DNA of 64,000 nt from a virus. Below, one piece after another: positions 1 through 8,692 of this stretch. The translations under genes and the position numbers were made by a program. The DNA is taken from IMG/VR virus record IMGVR_UViG_3300021085_002380; one strand, given 5' to 3'. The notes under the pieces were generated by a model. It saw nothing but the letters and a program-made list of their open reading frames with translations, was not told where the DNA came from and made no database searches. Numbering within the stretch: position 1 is the first letter of the stretch; the number at the start of each line of letters is the position of its first letter.

Positions 1-2862
1 ATAGTAGGTTATAAAGAGTTCGACTCTACTAAATACATTGATATTGAACCTACTATTGATGAAGCTAAAAAGAATGGCGGAACTGTAGTTATTGCATGGG
101 GTCGTATGAATCCTATGTCTGCAGGTCACGAAATGCTCGTTAAGAAAGTTATTGATGTGGCTAAGACCGAAAAAGGTACTCCGCAAATTTACTTATCACA
201 TACCCAAGGAGCAAAAACTAAAACCGGCAAAGGGGCGGTTAATAAAGATCCATTATCATATGATGATAAAATCAAATTTGCTCAAAAAGCTTTTGGTCCA
301 ATTGTTAAGAAATCTCCAGCAAAAACTATCATACAATTACTTAAACTCCTTGATAAGCAGTTTGATAGAGTTGTATTGGTAGCTGGATCTGATAGAGTCA
401 AAGAGTTTAACAATACACTAAATAAGTACAATGGAAAAGAATATAAATTCAGTGAACTTAAAATCGTATCAGCTGGCCAAAGAGATGCGGATGCCGATGA
501 TGTATCAGGAATCTCAGGTACTAAAATGCGTGGATACGCTAAGACAGACATGAAAAAATTTACTGCAAACTTACCGAAAAAATTAAAAGGTGACGCCAAG
601 GAAATTGCAGCGTTAGTAAATAAGGGCACTCAAATGACAGAAGAAAACGATGTAGAAATGGATGAAGCTCTGAATAGAGTTCAACGATTTAAAAAGGCCC
701 GCGCTATGAGAAAGGCTCGTGCTAAAATCAAACGTGGCCAAGAACGCGCTAAGCGTAAAAAGGCTGATATGAAAAAGATTAAACAAAGAGCGCAAAAGTC
801 TGCAAGGAATATGATTAAAGATAGACTTGCAAAACCTAAAAAGTATGCAAGCTTATCATATGCCGAAAAAGAACGTATTGATAAACGTATGGAAAAAATT
901 CCACCAGCAAGGATTGATAGACTTGCCCGTAAAATGATACCGATGGTTAAAAAGAAAGAACAGGAAAGACTTAAGTCTGCGCGGTCAAAATCAGAAGAAG
1001 TTGATCTCGACGAACAGTTTACAATGTTCATGGAAAAAATGACAAAGCCACAAGATAGTGACGTGGCAGATCGCCCAGGTTCTCAACCAAAAGGTTATTA
1101 TAAAGGTGTAGATAAAGATAAGAAAGATGCTCGCGCTGCTCATTTTGAAAAAGGTGCAAAGATGTCTGACGATAACCCTGCGGCATACAAACCAGCTCCT
1201 GGTGATAAAGAAGCAAAGACTAAAGAGTCGAAGTTTACTAAAAAAGCAAGAGCTATGGGATTTACAGAAGATTTAGTTTGGGAAGAATTAGTTGAAGGTC
1301 TCGACGAAGGTTTGTGGGGACAGCGAATTTCAAAAAGACCGCATATGCTATATGCTGCAAACGGAAAAGTAAAATTTGATAAACGCTTTAAAATGTATAG
1401 ACCAAAAGATGTTAAAGAGTCAAACGAGTTTGTCATTGAAGACATTGCAGAACTATACGAAGCGACCGAAGGTTATATGTCTGAAGATAAAGCTGGAAAA
1501 TCTTTAAAAGATAAAGCAGCGAAATCAGGTATGCCTGCCGGTATTTTACGTAAGGTTTATAACCGTGGCGTGGCGGCATGGCGTACAGGTCACCGCCCAG
1601 GTACAACTCCTGAGCAATGGGGACATGCTCGAGTAAATTCATTTATTACAAAATCATCAGGTACATGGGGTAAGGCAGATAAAGACCTTGCTGATAAAGT
1701 TCGCAAAGAAGGAATAGAAGAAATGAATGAAGCACCTCGTCGTAAAGGCGCGCCAAAAATGAAAGGTGACTCTGTTGCAATTCAACGTGCAAAAGACGCA
1801 GAACATGCAAAGGCAATGGGGCGTTCAGTAAAAACTGGCCGCAAGTTACCTAAGAAAACAATGACTTCAACTCAAAGATCATTAGCTTCATTACGTGGAG
1901 AAGATGTTCAAGAAGCTGCTACTCCTCAAATGAAACAGGCCGCGGCAAGTATTGAAGCATATGCAAAAAAACATGGTGGTATTGATAAAGCAGACTTTAT
2001 GAAAGCAGCAAAGATGCTATCATCTGGTAATGCTGGTACAAAATTCATTAAGTTCGTAGACGATCTTGATACAGATCCACGTGAATGGTTAATTACTAAT
2101 CTTGCTAAAACTATGGGTAAACAAACAGTTGAAAAAATGTTTAAAGTTAAAATCCGTGAAGAAGTAGAACAGCTTGATGAATTAACCGCGGCAGAAAAGA
2201 AACTTGTTAATCAAATGTATGATAAGAAAGGTAACCTTACTCCATTAGGCAAAAAGGTTATGAACCACGGTAAAAAGCCTGGTGATAAAGGTTACGTAGA
2301 ATCAAATCTTGATGAGCAAGCTATAGAGTTTTTAGAAAAGTATAAACCAGCAACACCTGAAGAAATCAAAAAGGATAAAGAACGTGAGCGTAAAGCAAGC
2401 GGCAAACAACGTCCTTCAATGAACGCTAAATCTGCCACAAAGAAAACATATGGTGGTATGATGGGTGGTCTTAAAGCTGGTTACGGTTATGGAGAAAGCT
2501 CAAAAAAATCTGTTGATACTAAACCAACTATTGACGAAGATGAAAAAGAAAACCTAGCTAAATATGCAGCAGCGGCAATTGCGCGTAAAAAAGAAGCGGG
2601 TGAAATGGATGATAAGCCAAAACCAAAATATAAAGACAAAGTCAAACGCAAAGAGGTTGATGAAGCGTGTGGAGCTGGTGAGCAAGGTACTAATGAGCTT
2701 ACTAAAAAATACAAAAAAGATACACCAATGGAAAGTATTCCACCTGAAGTTGTAGGGGCAGCATTAGCCGCTCCTATGGTCGCCCAAGGAGCAAAGGCTG
2801 CAGCTAAAGGCGCGTATAAAATGGCTAAAAAAATTGTGGCAAAAAAGAAAGCTAAAAAGTGA
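1..2862 (+). CDS. Large modular protein: N-terminal HxGH nucleotidyltransferase (cytidylyltransferase-like) domain followed by many basic modules separated by acidic linkers; 5'-truncated by the window
   Basis: Frame is open from base 1 (IVGYKEF...VVIAWGRMNPMSAGH). GRxNPxxxGH and LVAGSDRV...SAGQRD...ISGTKMR motifs match the T4-like phage cytidylyltransferase family; many (L/I/V/M)-x-E sites lie between modules. Confidence 0.75.
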   Translation: MVGYKEFDSTKYIDIEPTIDEAKKNGGTVVIAWGRMNPMSAGHEMLVKKVIDVAKTEKGTPQIYLSHTQGAKTKTGKGAVNKDPLSYDDKIKFAQKAFGPIVKKSPAKTIIQLLKLLDKQFDRVVLVAGSDRVKEFNNTLNKYNGKEYKFSELKIVSAGQRDADADDVSGISGTKMRGYAKTDMKKFTANLPKKLKGDAKEIAALVNKGTQMTEENDVEMDEALNRVQRFKKARAMRKARAKIKRGQERAKRKKADMKKIKQRAQKSARNMIKDRLAKPKKYASLSYAEKERIDKRMEKIPPARIDRLARKMIPMVKKKEQERLKSARSKSEEVDLDEQFTMFMEKMTKPQDSDVADRPGSQPKGYYKGVDKDKKDARAAHFEKGAKMSDDNPAAYKPAPGDKEAKTKESKFTKKARAMGFTEDLVWEELVEGLDEGLWGQRISKRPHMLYAANGKVKFDKRFKMYRPKDVKESNEFVIEDIAELYEATEGYMSEDKAGKSLKDKAAKSGMPAGILRKVYNRGVAAWRTGHRPGTTPEQWGHARVNSFITKSSGTWGKADKDLADKVRKEGIEEMNEAPRRKGAPKMKGDSVAIQRAKDAEHAKAMGRSVKTGRKLPKKTMTSTQRSLASLRGEDVQEAATPQMKQAAASIEAYAKKHGGIDKADFMKAAKMLSSGNAGTKFIKFVDDLDTDPREWLITNLAKTMGKQTVEKMFKVKIREEVEQLDELTAAEKKLVNQMYDKKGNLTPLGKKVMNHGKKPGDKGYVESNLDEQAIEFLEKYKPATPEEIKKDKERERKASGKQRPSMNAKSATKKTYGGMMGGLKAGYGYGESSKKSVDTKPTIDEDEKENLAKYAAAAIARKKEAGEMDDKPKPKYKDKVKRKEVDEACGAGEQGTNELTKKYKKDTPMESIPPEVVGAALAAPMVAQGAKAAAKGAYKMAKKIVAKKKAKK

Positions 2863-3428
2863 TATCTTTTAAACAATATATTTCAGAAGACTTTTCGTCT
2901 GATTTAAATGAAAGCGCATTGACCGCACTTAGAGTTGCAACTAAAGCCCATTCAGGGCAAACTCGCAAAAGTGGTGGTAAATACATTGAGCATCCAAAAG
3001 AAGTTGCTCGGTTCGTAAAGCAATTTAAAAAGTCAAATAATCTTTCGGCGTTAGTACAGGCAGCTTATTTGCATGATACTATTGAAGATACTGATACAAC
3101 TTATGCTGATTTGGTTAAACAGTTTGGTGCTCTTGTAGCTGATATGGTTCAAGAATTAACAACAGATAAAGCTGCATCTGATGCTATTGGTAAAGGTGAA
3201 TACATTGCTGGTAAGATGGCTAAAATGTCAAGTTGGTCATTAGTTATTAAACTTGCGGATAGATTAGCAAACGTACAAGACATTGATACCCGGCCTGCAG
3301 ATTTTCAAAAGAAATATGCTGCACAGACTGCGCTTGCTATTAAACGTCTTCGTAGTGATAGATATTTGAGTAAAACACATAATAAGATTATATCGGCAAT
3401 TGAGAAAAAGATTAAAGAGTATGTATAG
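2859..3428 (+). CDS. RelA/SpoT-type HD hydrolase (Mesh1-like small alarmone hydrolase) with N-terminal capsid-targeting-like peptide
   Basis: AHSGQTRKSGGKYIEHP..VA, AAYLHDTIEDT, FGALVADMVQELT and KLADRLAN motifs; no synthetase domain; starts MISFKQYISE (GTG start). Confidence 0.85.
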   Translation: MISFKQYISEDFSSDLNESALTALRVATKAHSGQTRKSGGKYIEHPKEVARFVKQFKKSNNLSALVQAAYLHDTIEDTDTTYADLVKQFGALVADMVQELTTDKAASDAIGKGEYIAGKMAKMSSWSLVIKLADRLANVQDIDTRPADFQKKYAAQTALAIKRLRSDRYLSKTHNKIISAIEKKIKEYV

Positions 3429-3714
3429 TTTTAAACAATATATATCAGAAGGTCTTAAGATCAAACTCATTAGAGGTAAGACCGAAGACGTATTAAAGAT
3501 ACAAGATTCTAAGGAAAAGTCTTGGGTTGAAGTGCGTGGCAAATCTAACTTTGAAACTAAGTTTGACCCAAAAGATCCTTTACACAAAGCAATTGCATCT
3601 TTACGTAAATCGGTTAATGTATCTGAACTCGTGAATGGAGAGCCTGTAGGCATTAATCCAAACCACCCACACGGCAAAAAAGCCCTGGCAGCAATAAAGA
3701 AGTTAATGAAATGA
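3421..3714 (+). CDS. Putative internal head protein (CTS-like N-terminus)
   Basis: ATG at 3421 gives MYSFKQYISE, nearly identical in DNA to the start of the preceding gene. Confidence 0.6.
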   Translation: MYSFKQYISEGLKIKLIRGKTEDVLKIQDSKEKSWVEVRGKSNFETKFDPKDPLHKAIASLRKSVNVSELVNGEPVGINPNHPHGKKALAAIKKLMK

Positions 3715-4031
3715 AAAACTTTAAATCTTTTTTAGAATCAAAAGACGAATACGATAATGAAGGTAGTATGGCAAAAGGCCAATTAAAAACCATGATTGAT
3801 GCAGCGCAACAATTGCATGATATGTTATCTGATGACGAAAACATGCCAGAGTGGGTACAAAGTAAAATCACTAAAGCTACAGATTATATTGACACTGCAA
3901 GAGATTATATGAAGTCTCAAGACGGTGATGAAGCTAGCCAACAAGAAGCGTGTTGGGATACTCATAAGCAAGTTGGTATGAAAAAGAAGGGCAATAAGAT
4001 GGTCCCTAATTGCGTTCCAAAGGAAACATAA
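3711..4031 (+). CDS. Putative internal head protein (CTS-like N-terminus)
   Basis: Starts MKNFKSFLE; contains an EGSMAKGQL...PEWVQSKITKA module and a C-terminal ACWDTHKQVGMKKKGNKMVPNCVP module. Confidence 0.65.
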   Translation: MKNFKSFLESKDEYDNEGSMAKGQLKTMIDAAQQLHDMLSDDENMPEWVQSKITKATDYIDTARDYMKSQDGDEASQQEACWDTHKQVGMKKKGNKMVPNCVPKET

Positions 4032-4033
4032 CA

Positions 4034-4261
4034 ATGAAAAGTTTTAAACAGTTTTGCGAAGGTTCAGAAACATGGGAAGCTGGTTATAAGCGCCGTGTTG
4101 TCAAAACTACTAAACCTGAGCATAAAGACGACGGAAAAAATTGGAGAATTAAAGGTAAAGATAGACCTGAGATTTCAATTAAACTATATAAAGAAAAGCC
4201 ATCACAGGCAGAATTTAATAAACAAATGCGCAGAGTCGCAGGTCACGAGTTTGGAGGATAA
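4034..4261 (+). CDS. Putative internal head protein (CTS-like N-terminus)
   Basis: ATG at 4034 follows an AGGA RBS and gives MKSFKQFCE; basic protein. Confidence 0.6.
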   Translation: MKSFKQFCEGSETWEAGYKRRVVKTTKPEHKDDGKNWRIKGKDRPEISIKLYKEKPSQAEFNKQMRRVAGHEFGG

Positions 4262-4264
4262 CTG

Positions 4265-4522
4265 ATGAATAAGGGACCAAAGACAGAACAACATTTAGCA
4301 GTTATTGCCGAATGGATGAAATCTGAAAATCGAGAACAAGTTACAATACATAGCAGCAGAAAACATGGTGCTATTAAATGGTTAGAATATCATCTTGAAG
4401 ATTACAGATGGAAATTTCAAAAATGGACTGATTTTCATGAACATTCCATATATTTCCAAACAGCTCGAGATGCAGCATTATTTAGAACAAGATTTTTAGA
4501 TAGTAAGGAAGACAGAGTATGA
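4265..4522 (+). CDS. Hypothetical protein
   Basis: GGAGG RBS; tightly packed ORF. Confidence 0.6.
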   Translation: MNKGPKTEQHLAVIAEWMKSENREQVTIHSSRKHGAIKWLEYHLEDYRWKFQKWTDFHEHSIYFQTARDAALFRTRFLDSKEDRV

Positions 4523-5049
4523 AAACCTTTGCAAAGCATAACTTACACGAAGGTATTGCGTATCATTTAGAAAACGACATTCCGTTAGCAGAGTGTGTAT
4601 ATAGACCACACAGCAAATCGTTTTACGAATTTTTTATTGAAGCGCGTAAGTTATTCAAAGAAGGAATCATAAACCCATCTAATTATTTCGATAGAGACCT
4701 ATTAGAAACAGATATAGGTGAACACGATATTTACGAAGAACGGCGAGTTCCACTTGACATTCCCATGATGGAGGATGAAAAGGACGTTGAGCTCAACAAG
4801 CCACAAAGAGGTGGTCCCAAAAAGTTCTATGTGTATGTGAAAGATGGGGATAAAGTCAAAAAAGTAACCTTCGGGGATACGTCCGGTTTGGCCGTAAACT
4901 TTGATGATAAAGAGGCACGCAAGTCTTTCGCAGCTCGCCACCAATGTCATTTAAAAAACGATAAGACTAAAGCTGGGTATTGGTCTTGCCGTTTACCTCG
5001 ATATGCAAATGAATTAGGATTAAAAAATGGAGGTTCGTTCTTTTGGTAA
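4519..5049 (+). CDS. Putative internal head protein with conserved T4-like basic module
   Basis: Starts MKTFAKHNLHE; C-terminal KKFYVYVK..KVKKVTFGD...RKSFAARHQC...AGYWSCR module. Confidence 0.65.
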   Translation: MKTFAKHNLHEGIAYHLENDIPLAECVYRPHSKSFYEFFIEARKLFKEGIINPSNYFDRDLLETDIGEHDIYEERRVPLDIPMMEDEKDVELNKPQRGGPKKFYVYVKDGDKVKKVTFGDTSGLAVNFDDKEARKSFAARHQCHLKNDKTKAGYWSCRLPRYANELGLKNGGSFFW

Positions 5050-5318
5050 AACCATATTATGATGAACATTTGACAGATAACCAATGGATACGAATATTTA
5101 ACCCTTATAACACAACCGCTGATGATTATGTTTGGCATAGGGATAAAAACGATAGAGTATTTACAGTATTAGATGGCGATGGTTGGAAAATACAATTTGA
5201 TGATGAACTGCCTACTGTTATAAATAAACGTGATACGATAGAAATACCTAAAATGGTTTATCACAGGATAATACCTGGAAAAAGCAAATTAAGGATAATA
5301 ATAAATGAAGACGTTTAA
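5043..5318 (+). CDS. Small cupin-like protein
   Basis: WHRD...IEIPKMVYHRI cupin-type pattern. Confidence 0.55.
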   Translation: MVKPYYDEHLTDNQWIRIFNPYNTTADDYVWHRDKNDRVFTVLDGDGWKIQFDDELPTVINKRDTIEIPKMVYHRIIPGKSKLRIIINEDV

Positions 5319-5682
5319 ATCACATATGACTGAGCATGAAATGCAGCTTGCGCTCGTGTGGGAACACATGCATGAAGAAAATATCAACCCCGATGATTTA
5401 ACCGAAGAAGAGTTAAATGAAATCATTGGTAAGGTGATTGGTGGAGCAGCAAAGCTCGCAGCCAAAGGTATACGCCGAGGTCTTGTTAATAAACAAGGTA
5501 ATCTTAGAGTTTCTCGTGCTGGACGTAACGACGCAAGACAAGCAAAAATTGATAATATTGAAAGAAAGAAAAAAGAATTGAAACGAGCCACAGATACTCG
5601 TAAAAAGCTTCAGACTGCTAGAGCCGGTTTAAGAACTGCTCGCAAAGATTTTAGAAAAGCTAGACAACAAACTAACCCTTAA
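5305..5682 (+). CDS. Putative internal head protein (CTS-like N-terminus), basic helical C-terminus
   Basis: Starts MKTFKSHMTE; LNE/IIG junction followed by an Arg/Lys-rich tail. Confidence 0.6.
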   Translation: MKTFKSHMTEHEMQLALVWEHMHEENINPDDLTEEELNEIIGKVIGGAAKLAAKGIRRGLVNKQGNLRVSRAGRNDARQAKIDNIERKKKELKRATDTRKKLQTARAGLRTARKDFRKARQQTNP

Positions 5683-5703
5683 TTAATAATAGAGGAATAA
5701 AAA

Positions 5704-5913
5704 ATGGATTTTGCATCATCATTTAAATCAAAGATCTTAGAAACTTTAGAAGATCTCGAAGAAAAGAAAATGGATCCGGTTGGACAAGCCGACGATGATA
5801 TTGATAACGACGGAGACGTTGACGATTCAGACGAGTATCTTCACAAACGCCGCAAAGCTATCAAAAAGGCTATGAAAGAAGAACAAGAAGCTCGCTTATC
5901 AGAAGATAAATAA
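5704..5913 (+). CDS. Small protein with DxDNDGDVD (EF-hand-like) module
   Basis: GAGGA RBS; MDPVGQADDDIDNDGDVDDSDEYLHKRRKAI. Confidence 0.6.
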   Translation: MDFASSFKSKILETLEDLEEKKMDPVGQADDDIDNDGDVDDSDEYLHKRRKAIKKAMKEEQEARLSEDK

Positions 5914-5945
5914 ATCAAGAAACCCAAATAAGGAGATATAAAAAA

Positions 5946-6248
5946 ATGGCACTTTGGGGAAAAACAGATGCATTGGCTTCCGTACCAAAATGGTTGGAAG
6001 ATGCTGCGTCAAACACAAACAAATCAAACGATAGAGATAACGCAATCTTTGTTGACCTTACAGAGGCTGGAATTGCATCTAACCGTGCAAAAGGCATTAC
6101 TGGTCCAGGCTGGTGGTTATACCATACAGATGGCGGACGTCACCACGCTGAATGTCTAGTACCAATGAAAGTAACCGCGGTTGCTGCTGGTGACTTGGGT
6201 GTAACAGGCGACACCGCTGTTGAAGATGCTATCGTAGCTGACTCATAA
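5946..6248 (+). CDS. Putative virion structural protein (MALWG-type, marine T4-like phages)
   Basis: AGGAG RBS; MALWG N-terminus and IFVDxxEA...GITGPGWW motif. Confidence 0.5.
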   Translation: MALWGKTDALASVPKWLEDAASNTNKSNDRDNAIFVDLTEAGIASNRAKGITGPGWWLYHTDGGRHHAECLVPMKVTAVAAGDLGVTGDTAVEDAIVADS

Positions 6249-6266
6249 AAGTAAAGAAAATATAAT

Positions 6267-6641
6267 ATGAAATTGACAGAATCAACCTTTCTGTTATTTG
6301 CATCTAAATATTACGACAATCCTCAATGTTCCGACGTATCAGAATTTGAGGAAGACCTGAAAAGGTTTCAATATTTACGCAAATTATTTGGAAGATACAG
6401 ACAAGATAATGAATTAAAAGAAAGGTTGATTCTGAACCACTTGATAATTATCTATAATATGTTTGGGCCAGAAGCGACACATATGTTATTCATGAAACTT
6501 GAAGAATACCATGAATACATTAAGCCGTTTGTTGAATACTTAAACTATATGCCTATAGAAATAATGTATGAAGATCGTATAATAGGTAAAGAAAATATTA
6601 TAGCTGATCCAGTTATAGAAGAAAAACTTAAAGGAATATGA
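6267..6641 (+). CDS. Conserved T4-like hypothetical protein
   Basis: YDNPQC...EFEEDLKRFQYLRKLF...LKERLILNHLIIIYNMFG pattern. Confidence 0.65.
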   Translation: MKLTESTFLLFASKYYDNPQCSDVSEFEEDLKRFQYLRKLFGRYRQDNELKERLILNHLIIIYNMFGPEATHMLFMKLEEYHEYIKPFVEYLNYMPIEIMYEDRIIGKENIIADPVIEEKLKGI

Positions 6642-6645
6642 TCTT

Positions 6646-7575
6646 ATGATCGTTGATCTATTTTTAGTATACCAATTTATCCGCAGGCTCGCAACTCCTT
6701 TTAATAAATGGGAAGCGTTTAAGCTTGGTGTTATTGATAAAGACGGTAAAGTACTAATCAAATCAAAAGATTTTACTAAAGCTGCTCAGCGTAAATCATG
6801 GGGAGTTTTTGATAGAATGGTAGCCAACCTTAAAAAGTTGTTAGCTAAAGTTCCTGGCGGTAGTTCTCGATTTGCATCATACGCTGCTGCGTTATTTCTC
6901 ATTAAAGAATATAAACATTTTACTGATGAAACTACTCTTACAGAAGAATTAACTGATAAACAATTAGATGAATCAATACAATTATTTTATAGTAGATATA
7001 CTCATTATACCACACTTGCAGAAGATGTCAATAGTTTAAACGAAAAGGCTGAACTTTTTTTAGAAAAGCTAAAAGCATCTGATGATATGGGCGATTGGAT
7101 TGACGACTTTTACAAATCAGACGCACCACAGTTTAAAGGCAAGTCAAAAGAAAAACGCCGTAAAATGGCAATTGCTGCTAAGCTTGCAGTTGACGAGTCA
7201 TTAGAAGAAGCCGCTGTTCCACGTTGGAAACGAGCAGGTACTGATGGCGAAATAGAAGCTACTATCGGTGGTAAAAAATACAAAATAGAAAAAGCTTTAG
7301 ATAGTAACGAACGCCATAAAGGCGAATGGAAAGTTATGGTTTGGGATAAACGTGACTGGGAGTGGGAGACAACCGAATATGGCAAAGCAAACGCTAAAGC
7401 TTGGATCATGGATAGGTTAAAAGAAGATACACCGGTTAATAACGTTGGTGATGGAAATATTGCAGGAATGGATGGAACTGCAATGTCAAAAGCAGCTCAA
7501 AAGAAATGGACATCCAAGAATAAAACTAAAAAGCGTAAAACACTGAGAAATATTATTAATGGAGAAACCTTATGA
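6646..7575 (+). CDS. Conserved T4-like protein with appended protease-site-delimited modules
   Basis: N-terminal DLFLVYQFIRRLATPFNKWEAFKLGVIDKDG domain, then FLE/KLKASDDMGDWIDDF.., LEE/AAVPRW.. and LKE/DTPVNNVG modules. Confidence 0.6.
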   Translation: MIVDLFLVYQFIRRLATPFNKWEAFKLGVIDKDGKVLIKSKDFTKAAQRKSWGVFDRMVANLKKLLAKVPGGSSRFASYAAALFLIKEYKHFTDETTLTEELTDKQLDESIQLFYSRYTHYTTLAEDVNSLNEKAELFLEKLKASDDMGDWIDDFYKSDAPQFKGKSKEKRRKMAIAAKLAVDESLEEAAVPRWKRAGTDGEIEATIGGKKYKIEKALDSNERHKGEWKVMVWDKRDWEWETTEYGKANAKAWIMDRLKEDTPVNNVGDGNIAGMDGTAMSKAAQKKWTSKNKTKKRKTLRNIINGETL

Positions 7576-8429
7576 TTACATTAGAACAATTTAGCGCAAT
7601 GATCCCAAAAAATAAGGACGCTGAGTCTTGGTACGATGCCGCGGTTCCTATGTTTGAAAAATACGAAATTAATACAACAAACCGGTTAGCCGGTTTCATG
7701 GCTCAATGCGCGCATGAGTCTTTAGACTTTACAAGACTTGAAGAAAACCTTAACTATTCAGAAAAAGCGTTAAACGGAGTGTTTGGTCGTTATTTCGGAA
7801 AGGGTAAAAGAAATGCTAAAGAATACGCTCGCAAACCTGAAAAAATTGCAAACTATGTTTATCAAGATGAATACCGCAGCAAACGAGGCGCTATGGGCAA
7901 CACCACTGCCGGTGATGGGTGGAGATTTAGGGGCCGTGGCATTAAGCAACTTACAGGTAGAAACAATTATACAGCGTTTGGAAAGTCAGTCGGAATGTCA
8001 GCGGAAGAAGCAGCAGACTACGTTGCAACCGAACGAGGAGCTTTAGAGTCAGCCTGCTGGTTCTGGGCAACAAATAAACTTGACAAGTGGGCTGATAAAG
8101 GCGACATTAAAGGATTGACAAAAAAGATAAATGGTGGTACAATTGGTTTAGAAGATCGTACACGTCGTTGGGAAGAAGCATTAGCTATTCTTGGTGGTAA
8201 AGTACCCGCGCCAAAAGCAGCAAAGAAATCTGCACCAGCAAAATCTCGTACTTTACGCAAAGGTATGAAAGGTGACGATGTCGCTAAAATGCAAAAAGCT
8301 TTAGGTATTACAGCGGACGGAGACTTTGGTTTCGGAACGCAAACATCAGTTAAAAAATGGCAAAAACTTAACGGTTTAGTGGCAGACGGCATTGTAGGCC
8401 CAGCAACACAAGCCAAAATGTTTAAATAA
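7572..8429 (+). CDS. Endolysin: GH19 chitinase-like domain plus C-terminal peptidoglycan-binding domain
   Basis: FMAQCAHES, EENLNYS, GDGWRFRGRGIKQLTGRNNY and INGGTIGLEDR; PG_binding_1-like LRKGMKGDDV..ADGIVGPAT. Confidence 0.9.
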   Translation: MITLEQFSAMIPKNKDAESWYDAAVPMFEKYEINTTNRLAGFMAQCAHESLDFTRLEENLNYSEKALNGVFGRYFGKGKRNAKEYARKPEKIANYVYQDEYRSKRGAMGNTTAGDGWRFRGRGIKQLTGRNNYTAFGKSVGMSAEEAADYVATERGALESACWFWATNKLDKWADKGDIKGLTKKINGGTIGLEDRTRRWEEALAILGGKVPAPKAAKKSAPAKSRTLRKGMKGDDVAKMQKALGITADGDFGFGTQTSVKKWQKLNGLVADGIVGPATQAKMFK

Positions 8430-8435
8430 TAAATA
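8428..8435 (+). promoter_or_regulatory. T4-type late promoter variant (AATAAATA)
   Basis: One mismatch to TATAAATA, about 30 nt upstream of the 8466 ATG. Confidence 0.5.
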
Positions 8436-8465
8436 ATACACAGTTAACATAACAAGGAGAACAAC

Positions 8466-8690
8466 ATGTCTTTAGAAAAGATTGTCCAGGAAGCCGTCGA
8501 GGCACGTCCACTTGGTTTGAAAGAAGCGTTTGAAGCAGAAATGGAAAAACGTATTTTAGCAGCCCTCGAAGAAAAAGCAACAGCTAGCATGATGGAAGCA
8601 GCTGCTGATGAAGACGAGGACGAAGATGACGAAGATCAAGACGACGACGAAGATGACGAAGATGAAGATGAGGACAAAGAAGAGGACTAA
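8466..8690 (+). CDS. gp67: Prohead core protein, gp67-like
   Basis: 74 aa with a helical N-terminus and a long Asp/Glu tail, the architecture of T4 gp67; AGGAG RBS. Confidence 0.55.
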   Translation: MSLEKIVQEAVEARPLGLKEAFEAEMEKRILAALEEKATASMMEAAADEDEDEDDEDQDDDEDDEDEDEDKEED

Positions 8691-8692
8691 GA

